A DNA stretch of 64,000 bases from Octopus vulgaris (GCA_951406725.2 OX597842.1:4526001-4590000); one strand, 5' to 3'; shown: positions 27,025 to 42,083, counted from the stretch's first letter. Notes: generated by a model from the sequence alone, not told the origin. Program-made: numbers and translations.

Positions 27025-27685
27025 GTATATGGTCTATATAATATATATACATATATACACATATATACACAAATGGTCTATATAATATATAGATATACAT
27101 ATATACACATATATACAAACATGGTCCATTTGATGTATATTTACACAAACATACTTTTTCTCTAGATTTGCTTATATTCACTTACGGTCCATACACACAC
27201 ACAAACACACATACATATATGCATATTTAGTCTATATTTTTAGATATATACACATATGTAAACATTCATTCTCTGTAAGACATATATATTTATCAATAAT
27301 AAACTTATGTGTACATATATGCTTACGTAGTCAGGACACATGATAATACACATATGTACATGGATATATATATATATAAAAATATATATATATATATAAA
27401 AATATATATATCCATGTACATTTGTACACACATGTATTATCCTGTGTCCTGAGTACATATATATATAAATATATATGTATGTATGTATGTATGCATGCTT
27501 GTTCAAATTAATTTGCATGCAGAAACACACAGGAGTGGCTGTGTGGTAAGTAGCTTGCTTACCAACCACATGGCTCTGGGTTCAGTCCCACTGTGTGGCA
27601 CCTTGGGCAAGTGTCTTCTACTATAGCCTCAGCCTGACCAAAGACTTGTGAGTGGATTCGGTAGACAGAAGCTTGAAGAAGTCCG

Positions 27686-27725
<40 letters not shown>

Positions 27726-27937
27726 GTTGGTGTGTCTGTGTTTGTTCCCCCAACATCACTTGACAACTGATGCTGGTGTGTTTACGTCCCTGTAACATAG
27801 CGGTTCAGCAAAAGAGATTGATAGAATAAGTACTAGGCTTACAAAGAATAAGTCCTGGGGCTATAGATAGCTAGATAGATGGATAGATATATGGCAAATG
27901 AAGGACGGAAGGTGGAAAATATGAGAATTTATTTTTA

Positions 27938-28043
27938 ATCACAATAATTGTTTCAACACATCTAGCATTGATCCCTCATGCATGGGACACTCAGCAACTG
28001 GTTCAGGAGCATCCGGCGGTGTAATTGTATCTCGTCGGGTGAT
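27938..28043 (-). ncRNA. Hammerhead-like motif with long loop 2 in a Penelope-like terminal repeat
   Basis: Reverse complement ATCAC CCGACGA GATAC...(about 65 nt)...GTGTT GAAA CAATTA TT GTGAT. Confidence 0.6.
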
Positions 28044-28489
28044 AAATAGATACAACTCGTTAAAATGACTGCTCCGCAAAGTAGCTTCTCGTTTTGTGGA
28101 GAGGAAAAACAACCAGACAGAGGAAATATCTACATTTATATAGATGATCAAAAATAAAAGATGGCAAAAAGAAAAACGAGCATACCATCCAGCGAGAAAA
28201 GTATTGAAAATAACCGTTAAAAGATATAGATGTATCAATGCCCTCTAGCAAGCTGCATGGTGCAAGTACACTCGCTCATACAAGCATCAGCAAAAATGTG
28301 AGCATATGCACACGAGGTTTGGTGCACTTATGAACACAAAGCAAGTGAGCTATCTACTTGATGTTTGTAAGAATGGGGAGGTTAAAACATCCATACCTTA
28401 AAGTAAATTAAATTAAATTAAGTTAATAGTTACTCAAAATTCATTCTCTCTGCATTGTGCCAGAAATTGTATTAATTATTTTCTTGTTA

Positions 28490-28780
28490 GTCCACAGAAT
28501 AGAAAGGGATTCTTCGGAGCAGAGATGGCATTTCCTGGAAATTATACTGTATGGTTTCACATACCTTACTAATGACTAGTTGAATGTCTCTTATTGATTA
28601 CCTTAAAACTGGCAACATGGTTGCGATAACATTTCTAAAATGTATCAGCCGTATGCTCAATGTAAACATAACAGCCCTTCCTTTGTTTGCACGGTACATT
28701 TTTATACTCATTTGTACTCATACAGAGATTCATCATAGGACATTTTGATTTTTCTCTGCATGAGCATTTATCATATTTAT
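28490..28780 (-). pseudogene. Penelope-like element GIY-YIG endonuclease remnant
   Basis: Minus strand KCSCREKSKCPMMNLCM...YVYIEHTADTF*KCYRNHVASFK...HSTS...CHLCSEE..IL. Confidence 0.7.
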
Positions 28781-29196
28781 TTGTATATAAGGCAGTCCCA
28801 ACTCCATTTACCAGTGTTGTTACTGTTAGCTGTATCATAGACATATATATAAACTCTGTATAATATAGAGGCATATGCAGTGGTATATGTATGTGTGTGT
28901 GTTTATATGACATGTGTTTATACATGCATACATATATAGATATGTATACATATATATACGTATATATATATATATTGATGTGTATATATGTGTGATTATA
29001 TACATATGTATTTATAATTATATGATATATAAGTATAAATATATTTATATATAAGTATGTGAGTAGGGATCAACCAATTTTCATATGTCAAAGTGAGATG
29101 TGCTCAATATAACTATTACAGAGTTAATTGATATATAGTTTTAGTTAAACTAGTTTGATTATAATGAACTCAAATACTTTGAATGATTTGAAACTA

Positions 29197-30457
29197 TTGG
29201 GTCATCCCATAAATAATGTGGATTTTGCAATTGCATGAACTAAAATTTGGAGGGGAACATAATAAACTACCTGCATAAACTTGCTATAAAAGCAGAAAGT
29301 AATTTTACCTTGTCCTTATTCTGAGTGCAAGTTTTGAAAAGTGCAGTTCGATTTTGACAGTTATTTTTTCAAAGATATGATGGAAGTCACAAAGGAGCAT
29401 ATTTGACATATTTTGTTTTATGAGTTCAGTAAAGGCAACAACACAACAGAAAGTGCAAGGAATATTAATGCAGTAAATGGGGATCGGACGATAAGCATAA
29501 GCCAGTGTGAACAGCGGTTCCAGAAATTCTGAGCCGGAAACTACAGCCTAGATTATCCTCGTCCTGGAAGATCTAAAGAGTTTAACAAGGACGTCCTGCA
29601 AAACCTGGTGGAACAAAATCCCATCATGACTGTTGAGGAACTAGCAGAGAAGCTTGGATTTGGTCATTCAGCCATTCATCGACACGTGCACACCATTGGA
29701 AAAGTCAGTAAATTGGATCAATGGCTTCCTCACAAACTTTCTGAGTCTAATCACATGTAGAGAGTGAATCTGTGCTCTTCTTTGCTGTCACATCTCATGG
29801 ATGAACATTTTTTGGACTGAAATGGGTTCTCTATAAAAATGTCAACCACCAAAGACAGTGGCTAAAGAAAGGAGAAACACTGACACCCCAGGCTAAAGAA
29901 GGTCTTCACCCACATGAGGAGTTGCTATCTGTTTGGTGGGATACGAAAGGTTTAGTCCACTCTGAACTTTTAAACCCAAACTAAACAATGACAAAGGAGA
30001 TCTACTGTGAATAGCTTGAGCAGCTTAAGTCAGTGCTAGAAGAAAAGCAACCATCTTTGGTTTCAAGACGAAAGGTGTTCTTCAATCCAGATAATGCCCG
30101 GCCACATACAGTGAGAATGACATTCCAATGGCTGGTGCAGTTTGAATGGGAAGTGATGCTTCACCTACCATATTCGCCAGACAATGTCCCATCTGATTAC
30201 CATTTATTCCACTGTCTTCAGAATCATTTGAATGAAAAAAACATGAATTCTGTAGACGAGGTCAGAACAGTACTGGAGGAGTAATTTTCATCACAGACAA
30301 GTGAATTTTGGAAGAGGGGTCTTGCATATGAATACATACAAATATATTATAGAAAATAAAGAAGAGTATATTTTAGATTAAAAAAGAACTTTGTTTATCT
30401 TAATTTTGAAAAATAAAAGAAGTATTAAAAAACTGCATTATTTATGAGATTACCCAA
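29197..30457 (+). mobile_element. Full-length defective mariner element (1261 bp)
   Basis: TA|ttgggtcatcccataaataatg...cattatttatgagattacccaa|TA terminal inverted repeats. Transposase from about 29377 with WLPHKL, DNARPH and YSPDNVPSDYHLF motifs, broken by stops and frameshifts. Confidence 0.93.
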
Positions 30458-30631
30458 TATTTGTAACATTGGATTGACTACATTCTGTAATTAAATACAT
30501 ACATATATACACACGCACGCACTTATATATCAGTGTGTACATTATTTGTTTTGAAAGTGCCTCCATAGGGCACAACCATAGAACCTTCAGTATATACAAA
30601 TACTCCCTTTTTTCTCCCTTTTGTTTGTGTA

Positions 30632-30684
30632 TCTTCTGATGAGATCATTAATTAAATAATCTGTACAATTGAAACATCTAAAGG
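30632..30684 (+). ncRNA. Degenerate minimal hammerhead-like motif
   Basis: tctt CTGATGA GAT...ATT GAAA CATC TA aagg. Confidence 0.45.
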
Positions 30685-32382
30685 CTTTAATTATGCTCTG
30701 CACTTATCCTCATTAATCATATTACCTTTGTGTGTGTATTTGTATTTGTGTGTGTGTGTATTTATGTTTACATAAATACAAGGCTAGACCAAAAATGAAA
30801 GAGTTGCGTAATATCCATAGCTCTGATCAATCATGTTTGGGAATTCTGACTGCTGTTTCTAGCATGTGAAGTAACTATTTAGAGCAGTGGTTCCCATACA
30901 GGCCTTGGGGTTCCATATAAGATATTGCTGTTAAAATTTTATCCTTACCATTTTGCATTTGTTTTTCAAGCTAGCAAGGGTAAGATGGTTTGAGTGGAAC
31001 TGGTAAGTTGGAGAGCTGTACCAGGCTCCATTCCGTTTTGTCATGGTTGCTACAGCTGGGGATACCCTTGCTAATGCCAACCACTCTATGGGGTATACTG
31101 GGTACTTTTTACATGTCACCGGTACAGATTCTTTTCCTGTGTCACCAGCATGGGTGCCTTTTACCTGTCACTGGCACTGGCCATGATTACCGTTTCCTTA
31201 GCTTCAGGTGTCTTCTCAAGCACAGCAAATTGCCAAGAGTCTTGCTCACCTGTCGTCACCTCTTTGAGACTCAACATCACTTTTACGACTCACAAAATTA
31301 TTCTAATGTTTTTTATACGGTTCCTAATAATATTTGATTCTAAAAATACAAAAGGATTTTTTTTTTTTGTATATGCATCAAATGACTATGGAGATCCAAT
31401 ACAAGAATAAAATATGAATCAAAGGGATCCATAGGCAAAAATGTTTGAGGAAAACTGACCCATGGTCAAAGACATTCCAGCTGTGACTCTCCCTAACCAG
31501 TTCTACATCAGCAGGCCTATGATCGAAGACATTCCAGCCTTTATTCCCGTCTTTTATTCAGGCATAGTGTATCTAGGACTACATTATCTAATGTATACTG
31601 TAGTTGTTAGTGGTAATTGTTGTTTAGCCCCAGGTCAGTCCTGATCCAGTAGACTTAAGATCAGCAGTTGTCAACCAGGATCCATATAAGATTTTACTGC
31701 TAAAATTTATCTGCAATAAATTGGTTATACTTTTACAATGCACAAAAAAATGTTTTTTGTATAATCCCTAATAATTTTTAATTATAAAAATATTGTAGGA
31801 TGTTTTCTATATACATCGAATGGCTATTGAGATTCAGTGCAAGAGTAAAATAGGAGTTTAAGGGGTTCACAGGCAAAAAAATTATTGAAAACCACTAATT
31901 CAGAGCATCCCTTATTGGTATTGATAAATGTGATGGTGGCGGTGGAGAAAGTGGTTTATGATGATGATGATGATGATGAAACAAATGATGATAAAGAATA
32001 TGGTGGTGGTGATGCTGGTGGTTGTGTTGGTGGTAGTGGTAGCAGTGATGATAATGATGGTGCCTGTGGTGGTGGTGGAGGTGGGGTGGGGTGATGGAAT
32101 GATCTGAATGTGACCTTCTGAATGAAAATATTTCGATACATGCATCCATCCACACACATTAACACAGGCACACACACACACATCCACCTACGCATACACA
32201 CATACATACACACACACACATTAACAGAAGACAGATGGAGAGACATGCATTCATTTACCTGCACAATAACCCACACAGAGTAAACACACACACATACACA
32301 CATCCACCTACATTTAAATACACACACACACACATACACAACTGTATAAGCTTTAATTCACACAGCCACACCCACATTCATC

Positions 32383-32420
<38 letters not shown>

Positions 32421-32789
32421 CAACTATTTAAGCTTTAACACATTAACGCTACTTCTTCATCCACCTACATACACACACACATACATGCACAGACACACAT
32501 ACCTATCAACATGCACATTAACATACACACACATACACCTTGACATCAACACAAACACAGTTATGCATTGAGACACACACATCTATACATGCACACACAT
32601 AAATACACATGCTTTTAGATATACATATATACACATGTATGTACACACAAACACACACTCTCACACTTATAGCCACCCATATTCATGCATGCACATACAT
32701 ACACTTATACATAGAACTACTCAAAGTCATGCATATATGCACACACATCCACCGTTTCAAGAAACACATTTTCTCACACACACACACAC

Positions 32790-33545
32790 ATATATACACA
32801 TACACACATATATTACATACACACACACACATATATACACATAAACACATACATGTATATATACACATACACACATATTACATACACACATATATACACA
32901 TAAACGCATACATGTATATATACACATACACACATATATTAAATACACATACACACATATATTACATACACACACATACATATATACACATAAACACATA
33001 CATGTATATATACACATACACACATATATTACATACACACACACACATATATACACATAAACACATACATGTATATATACACATACACACATATATTACA
33101 TACACACACACACATATATACACATAAACACATACATGTATATATACACATACACACATATATTACATACACACATACACATATATACACATAAACACAT
33201 GTATATATACACATACACACATATATTACATACATACACACACATATATGCACATAAACACATGTATATATACACATACACACATATATTACATACATAC
33301 ACACACATATATGCACATAAACACATGTATATATACACATACACACATATATTACATACACACACACACATATATACACATAAACACATACATGTATATA
33401 TACACATACACACACACACATATATACACAAACACATACATGTATATATACACATACACACATATATTACATACACACACATATATATATATACATATAC
33501 ATATACATGTATATATACACATAAACACATATATTACATATATAT
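32790..33545. repeat. Minisatellite with a unit of about 60 bp built from CA/TA microsatellite
   Basis: Unit cacatatatacacataaacacatacatgtatatatacacatacacacatatattacataca recurs about 12 times. Confidence 0.9.
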
Positions 33546-33915
33546 ACACATACACACACATACATTACATACACACACACACACATATATACACACACAC
33601 ACACATATATAGATATATACACACAGAGACTGTGTATATATACTGTATATATACACACAGATACTGACACCAATATGCACATAACATGCAAACAATAAGC
33701 AACTTTACATGCGTCATGCATACACAAACACCACCGCCACAACCACCACAAACACCACTGCCGCTACCAACACTATCACCACAACCACCACCAACACCAA
33801 AACCACTGCCAACACCACCACCATTATTCACTCCCCCAAACACTACTACATAACTGTCAACACACCACCACTACCACTACCTCCACAACAATGGCATATG
33901 CTGAGTCAGTAGAAA

Positions 33916-34288
33916 ATTCTCCATTAGAAAAACTGCTTATTAATTAGAGAGTTAATTAGGAGAAAACTATTGTACAGCTTTGTCAATACAGTTATTATAG
34001 TGGAGGTGGTAGTAGTAATGGTGGTGGCAGTAGTGGTGAATGCATTGATTGTTGTTGCTGTTGTAGTGGTGGGTATAATAATAGTTGTTGCTGTCGTAAT
34101 GATGGTTGTGGGTGTAGTGGTTGTTGTAGTAGAGGTGGTAGTGGTAGTTATTGATGTATAATTTGTATGCATACAAATAGGCAACCATCTTGGTTGTGTG
34201 GTTAAGAAGCTTGCTTAGGAACCACATGGCTTCAGGTTCAGTCCCACTGTGCAGCACAATGTGCAACTGTCTCCTGCTGATAGCCCCG

Positions 34289-34320
<32 letters not shown>

Positions 34321-36069
34321 CCAATACCTTGTGAGTGAATTTGGTTGAAAGAAGTTGTATGGGAGCCTATATATATATATGTATGTATGTATGTATGCAT
34401 ATGTATGTATGGACATATATGTTTGCATATATGTATGTATATACACATATATATGTATATATATGTATGCATGTACATCTATATGTATCTATATATGTAT
34501 GTATGTGTGTATGGCAAACAAGACCAAGGCAGTCCTCTAGGGTGGTCGCAGTTCAGTTGAAGTAAAAGATAAAAGATCTGTATGTGTGTATGTATATATA
34601 TATATATATATACACACACACGCACCTGCTCAGTAGCATATTATTTAAGTGATATCATACAGGAATTGCAGTTCAGTACTAGATAATTTGAAACTAAATT
34701 ACCAGACAGATTTACTGGATTTACAAATATGAACATATATAATTTAACTCTATAATCATTTATATTGAGCACCTCTTACTATGACATGGGTAACTTTCTT
34801 GACCATTATATGTGTGTGTTACCACTACCAACACTACCTTCTCCTTAGGACCATTTATCAGATTTCTCTCTGTAGTAAAGATTCAGGACAGGGGTTAAAT
34901 CTCAGGTGTGGTGGGGTGTAGGGGGTAATCTGTTCGTCCCATATGTATTGGGGGGCCACTGAAAAGTATTATTCCTCCTAATTAGAATAGGCTTTTAAAC
35001 ATTTAAATATGTGTGTGTATATATATGTACACATGTATCTCACACATATCTGTACGTTTCTGGATACATGCATATATATGCATGAATAGTTGTATATGAG
35101 AAAGATCCCTCCCGAATCATATAGACTCAGAGGGATTCCTGGATTTCCTGGATTTTGTGGGACATACATTGCCTCACTGGATGGGACACCAAGCCATTGC
35201 AGGATTATTCATTTTTACCAGTTGTGTGGAATGGCACTTTATGAAATGAAGTGTTTTACTCATGAACACGTTGCCCAGTCCAGGAATGAAAACCACAATC
35301 GTGTGATTAGGAGTCCAATGCCTTGACCACTAAGCTATACACAAAATCCATATGTCTTTAGAAATATATTAAATATATACACTGTCATGTACATATGTGC
35401 ACAAACACTAAAAATTACATGTGCTGACATCTAAAAGTATATATATAAACAAAACCAGTTGCACAGTCAGAGTTTAACGTGACAGTTATGGATTATGACC
35501 TGGTAGGCCACACTGACGAGGCTCAGGGTTTAAATACTCAAAGGCCAAAACCTGGTTTGTGGAAATCCCTAATTGCATAATATTTTTATTTTGTGCTGTT
35601 AAATGTTTTAATTCTTTCTGTTTTCCTCGCATTCTGTTTTTCTCTGTTATCTTGGTAAGGTACGGTGGATAAATTTAAGACTTTAGCTCTTATTTCTAGC
35701 AGGTGGATGCTTGTTAAGCATCCTTACGCTTCCTATAAAGTTATAGTTCATAGCTAATTAATGCTATTGCACCTGCAATCCACCTATGTCACTGCTGGTG
35801 ATATCATCAATTTTAAAATTTATCCACAGATGATTTGAATAGTAGTGACATCTGATTTCAAATCTCAGTGATTGGATGTTTTGTATATATGTGTGTGTGT
35901 GTATTACTATACCCACCACTGCAACAGCAACAACAATCAATGCATTCACCACTACTGCCACCACCATTACTACTACCACCTCCACTATAATAACTGTATT
36001 GACAAAGCTGTACAATAGTTTTCCCCTAATTAACTCTCTAATTAATAAGCAGTTTTTCTAATGGAGAAT
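33916..36069. repeat. Inverted duplication: 33916-34082 versus 35902-36069
   Basis: Arms of about 167 bp are nearly identical reverse complements; the ORF track shows the same peptide MYSFVNTVIIVEVVVV on opposite strands. Confidence 0.92.
35508..35562 (+). ncRNA. Hammerhead-like motif with G12A lesion
   Basis: CCACA CTGACGA GGC...GCC AAAA CCTGG TT TGTGG; perfect 5-bp stem I. Confidence 0.6.
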
Positions 36070-36178
36070 CATTAGAGATTTCCATTTTCAGACTTCAATG
36101 AAGATGCTTTAAGTGAACAAGTGGAATGCAATCTCCACAAAAGTACTCGAGATTTAGCATTATATATATGTATATACA

Positions 36179-37350
36179 TGAGGGGTGTTCCTTAAAAATT
36201 TCCCCTGCCCAAGGACTGGGATAAACAAAACTTGACATGATTATTAGTCCTTCTCTACACCATCAATGGTGACACACTTCTTCCATCCCTTTATACAGAT
36301 GTGAAGACCTCATCTGTAGAAGTCAGTAGGTTGCACCAGGAGCCAAGACTTTACCTCAGAAATAAGTTCATCATCATCCGAAAAGTGCTTCCCTTCAAAA
36401 AGGACTTTATGGTTGGAAAAAGGTGAAAGGCAGATGGTGTGAGGTAAGGAGAGCAAGGAGGATGAGGAAGGATTCTACAGCCGCAAGAGTGTGCTTTTGT
36501 CTCGGTAACCTGCACATTGTGAACTAGGGCATTGTATTGGTGCAGGCGGATCCTTTGGTCAGCATGCCACCCCTCTATGCTTTGATAGTGTCCCACAATT
36601 TCTGCAACAGAGAAGCCTAATATGCCCCATTAACAGTGGTGCCTTTTGCCAGAAAATCCATCATCACTACTCCACACTGGTCCCAAAAATCTGTGAGCAT
36701 CACCTTGCCTACTGAGGGTTGGACACGAGCCCTCTTTGGAGGCATTGAGTTATCATGTTTCCATTGCTTCAACTGGTCTTTAGTCTCAGGATCATAGTGA
36801 TGGACCCATGTTGCATCCCAAAGTCTACCGAAAAACTCTTCCTCATTTTCTTGGCACATTGTCAAAGGAGCCTGCTTCTTCAAAGGTGTGAGCATCAGAG
36901 GAATCCATCATGCAGATAACTTCTGCATGTCGTGAATATTTCCCACAGACCCTAAACTTATCTTCACTTCTTGGTATAGTTGCCAAATAGTTTTGTGGCG
37001 ATCCTCCAACATGGCAGCTTCCACTTTATGGATGGGTTCCTCATCAATGGCAAAATGTGTTTGACTACATCATATAATGGTGCATTGTCATCATAGAATT
37101 GTTTCATCTCATCGAAAGTCCCTTTTGATGTACAACCTTCTAAGTATAAGAAGCTGACCACTGATTTTCCATTCAGCTGCCTTCATTATAACAGCTGAGT
37201 CCACTTCAGCAGTCATTATGGACAAAGGAATACAAGTGACAGCTACGATTTACAATGTGACATGTAGACACATGTATGAGTATACTTGTATAAGTCCAGT
37301 TACATACAATAACCAGAAGTGGGTCAGGAAAGACTCTTTAAGGAGGACAT
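36179..37350 (-). mobile_element. Defective mariner element (second family)
   Basis: Minus-strand DATWVHHYDPETK, SVGKVMLTDFWD and HPPCSPYLTPSAFHLFP. Eroded TIRs tgaggggtgttccttaaaaatttcccctg and caggaaagactctttaaggaggaca. Confidence 0.88.
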
Positions 37351-37583
37351 ATGTGTGTGTGTGAGTGTGTATATATGTGCGTGTATGTGTATATATTTAC
37401 ATATACTTATATGTGTATATATATATATGTATATGTGTGTGTATATATATATATATGTATATATACATGTATATATATATATATATATATGCATGTATAT
37501 ATATATATGCGTATATATATATATATATATATGCATGTATATATATATATGTATATATACATGTATATGTATATATATATACA

Positions 37584-37631
<48 letters not shown>

Positions 37632-37837
37632 TGTATATGTATATATATATATATATCTGTATATGTATATATATATATGTATATGTATATATACATATGC
37701 ATATGTATATGTATATATCTGTATATGTATGTATATATATATATATATATGTATGTATATATATATGTATATATATATCTGTATATGTATATATATATCT
37801 GTATATGTATGTATATGTATATATATGTATATGTATG

Positions 37838-37873
<36 letters not shown>

Positions 37874-38013
37874 AATATATATCTGTATATGTATATGTAT
37901 GTATATATATATATATCTGTATATGTATATGTATGTATATATATATATATCTGTATATGTATGTATATATATATATATCTGTATATGTATGTATATATAT
38001 ATATATATATCTG

Positions 38014-38088
<75 letters not shown>

Positions 38089-38272
38089 CTGTATATGTAT
38101 ATGTATATATATATATCTGTATATGTATGTATATATATATGTATGTATGTATATATATATGTATGTATATATATATATCTGTATATGTATGTATATATAT
38201 ATATATCTGTATATGTATGTATATATATATATATATCTGTATATGTATATACATACATATATGTGTGTGTAT
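37350..38272. repeat. TA-derived minisatellite (atatatatctgtatatgtatgt units)
   Basis: Seen directly in the sequence. Confidence 0.93.
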
Positions 38273-38644
38273 GTACTGAGATGTAGTTTGAAAAGCCTGC
38301 CTCTCACATAGATATATATGAGTGAACAACTGTAATGTGCTCTGTTAGATACATTTGGTGTTCGGCTGGTATGTTGATTTTTGTTCATTTCTTTGTGTCT
38401 TGATTATGACTGCACTGTCGATTAAAAGTTCATTTTGTGCACTAATTATGAAATCATATGATCTGTGGCTGAATCTGCTTTTAAGGAGCTCACTTCAAGA
38501 GTTGCATTCCCTGGTGTCCGATACACTGTATTTATTATGGTAGTTTTGACTTTAAGAGTCCTTCATAGCATGAGGCATTTATGTGTAGTAAAGGCCTTAA
38601 TATGAATATATATACACACACACATATATATATATATACATATT

Positions 38645-38700
<56 letters not shown>

Positions 38701-38763
38701 CATATACATATATACATATACATATATACATATACATATATATATACACATATATATATATAC

Positions 38764-38812
<49 letters not shown>

Positions 38813-38997
38813 TGTATAAGTAAGTATATATGTGTGTGTGTGTTTATATATGGGTATAGGATGCCACCAACTGTGTAAACAACATAAAATTCATAGATGA
38901 GTTTAATATGTAAACCATGAAAGAAAAAATGGAAAACAGGACAACACAGACAAACAGTCTTTATATATATAATTGTAGGTGTGTGTGTTTTTTGTGT

Positions 38998-39040
<43 letters not shown>

Positions 39041-39055
39041 ATATATATGTGTGTG

Positions 39056-39102
<47 letters not shown>

Positions 39103-39118
39103 TATATATATATATGTG

Positions 39119-39177
<59 letters not shown>

Positions 39178-39909
39178 ACTTGTGTGTTACCTCTACACAT
39201 TTTTTCAAAGATTATCCCCCACATAAGCTACTGAAATTGCCCATCAAAACAGACATAAATATCATCTCTATAAATGAAGAGATTCTAAAAGAACTGAAGT
39301 ACAAAAACTCAAACCTAATAACGGTCATATAAACAAGTTAAACTCAACATCTCTTCTATCTACACAAAACATTGAAGAAACTGAAACAAGTAAAACATTC
39401 ACCGAAATGTATGAGAACCTTGGAAAATTATGCGAAACAATTAAAATATAATTTTGAGACATTTCAAAGCAAGGACAACAAAACGAGGAATCACATGGGA
39501 TAAACACCGATAAAAAAAAAAAGCCACATGGAGAAAACTTCTTAGAAAATTTGCATTTTGGAAAATGATACAAAGTCACAACAAAGTGGAGATAGATCAA
39601 AAATGGCTTAACTTGACACCTTAATTATATCTGGCAAATTACAAATAAAACCCATCCCAGAAGAACCAGAAGCACAAAGGAAACTTCAAGAAAAAAATTA
39701 CAGTAGAAAAAAAGAAGATGGAAGCGGAACTACTGAAACTGAGGGCAGAAACAAATGAAAAGTGAAAACCATAGACGAAGAAATCAACAAGGAACTCAAC
39801 AAACACAAGGCATCAACACAGAAACAATGCTAAAATTATGGAAAGAGGAGTGCTAAAAGGAGGAACTAAAATCCCTCCAACAATGGGAAAAGAGCACAAA
39901 CAGGTTTTC

Positions 39910-39951
<42 letters not shown>

Positions 39952-40071
39952 ATGTATACTATATATATATAGTAGTTATAGTTAATCCAAACAAGAAAGC
40001 ACAAAAAAAACACAACAACGCGAGGACGTGGAACAAATGTAGTATTATTGGACCCTCAGGAAAGAATGAGG

Positions 40072-40106
40072 GTTTAACGTTTCAAACGGAGCTCTTCGTC
40101 GGAAAC
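40072..40106 (-). ncRNA. Minimal hammerhead-like motif in a repeat spanning about 39965-40190
   Basis: Reverse complement GTTT CCGACGA a GAGC tcc GTTT GAAA CG TT AAAC. Confidence 0.6.
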
Positions 40107-41425
40107 ATAGGAGACGGAAAGATCCAGAGAAGGGAAGACAGAGGAAAAAAAATTGCCAACGGTACACATGCGGTCACATTTTGAATGATATATATATATG
40201 TGTGTGTGTATATATATATATATATAATATATGCATACAACAATAAATATTTGTCTCTTCTAATAGAAACAAAAGGGTTTATAGGAATGCAAAAGAAGTA
40301 CTCAAATATAAATGAGATGAAGATAAAGAAGCATTGGTTATAGAACAAACATTAAATCCTCAGACATCTAATCATATATAAAAATCACCATGGTTCCTAA
40401 ACACATAAAAAATGATATATATACATAAAAGTATATAATCGAATAAAATACAAATAGAATGGCCTATCAAAAATGTTAAATATAAACGGCTAAAAATTCA
40501 AAACCTACCAAAAACCATAAGTAAAGGTAAAAATGAAATAAAATAAAATAAATATCCACTGACTAAAAAAGTTTTTGAGACGATTAAAATAGTAAAAAAC
40601 ATTTTTTTTTAAATATTTGAAAAAAGTCTACTTCCCTCATATAAGTACATCCAAAGTTCATAAGTAAACAGACTGCCATAGGTCAAATTCACATAGATCT
40701 TGAAAAAAGTCTTCTACTCCCTCCACAGGTACGTCCAAAAGATTATAATGAAACAGACTTCACTGGTCAAATTCAATGTATATATATATATATACACACA
40801 CACACAATAAATTATTGGACTCAATAAAACACCACCGCTGCCAAGATTTATATTAATCTATATTAATCTCATTGCATGGCTCCTTGGGTATGTGCCTTCT
40901 ACTATAGCCTCGGGCTGATGAAAGCCTTGTGAGTAGATTTGGCTGATGGAAACTGAAAGAAGCCCATTGTATATATATATATATACATATATATGTATGT
41001 ATATGTTTGGGTGTCTGTCTTTGTATGCCCAACATTACTTGACAACCGATGCTGGTGTGTTTATGTCCCCTGTAACTTAGAGGTTCGGCAAAAGAGACTG
41101 ATAGAATAAGTACTAGGCTTACAAAGAATAAGTCCTGGGGTTGATTTACCATATACATATACATGTGTGTGTGTTTGTTTATATATAGTAGATTCTATAT
41201 ATATATTATGTATTCTTTTATATGTTTCAGTCTAATGACTGTGGCCATACTGGAGCACTGCCATTGTGATCATCTTTCTACTTTCCACCTTTATTGGAGT
41301 GGCTTTTATTTATATATATATATATATACGGTAGTATATATATATATATATATTTGAAATATAACTACCTGTGAATTGTTGGCGATTTTCTTCTTCCATC
41401 TTCCTTTTGTATTGGACTTTACTCT

Positions 41426-41460
41426 GTTTCCGAAGAAGAGCATTGCTTGAAACATTAAGC
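41426..41460 (+). ncRNA. Minimal hammerhead-like motif, same family as 40072 in opposite orientation
   Basis: GTTT CCGAAGA a GAGC att GCTT GAAA CA TT AAGC; flanks 41350-41555 resemble the reverse complement of 39965-40190. Confidence 0.55.
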
Positions 41461-42083
41461 CATCTTTCTTTCCTTCCCTGAGCTTTTGCTAATACTTTAC
41501 ATGTATCATGTTCTCGCGTTGTTGTCTTTAGTTTGTTCTTTTTGGGGATTTACTATATATGTGTGTGTATATACATATATATATATATATATACACACAC
41601 ATACACACATATATTCTCCAGAGAACATTCTTTGTAGTTAGATCGTAGGTGATCTTCTTCTAGCACATTGGATGTCCACTTAGTGGTCATCCCTCTTATA
41701 CGCATGTATTACAATTTTTCTGAATTTTCAGATTTTTGTATATGCAAGGCTACTGGTTCTAAATTGATGTTAATTAAATTAATATTCAATTTATCACCCT
41801 CATTATTTAAATTTTATATTTATGTATATATGTATGTATATGTAACTATATACATATATATTATATTTAGATATGTATATATATGTGTGTGTGTGTATGT
41901 GTATATACATATATAGAAATATGTAGATATGGACATGTATATAGATATATATGTGTGTAGATATGTTTATATATAGATATAGATATGTTTATCTGTATAT
42001 ATGTATGTGTGTATGTGTGCGTATACATATATATATATATACATACACACACATTTATATGTCTACTATATATAATCAAAATA

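Noticed and set aside
39190-40790. A-rich, possibly Penelope ORF N-terminal remnants (also 5100-6260)
   Set aside because: No diagnostic motif could be read; left unannotated.
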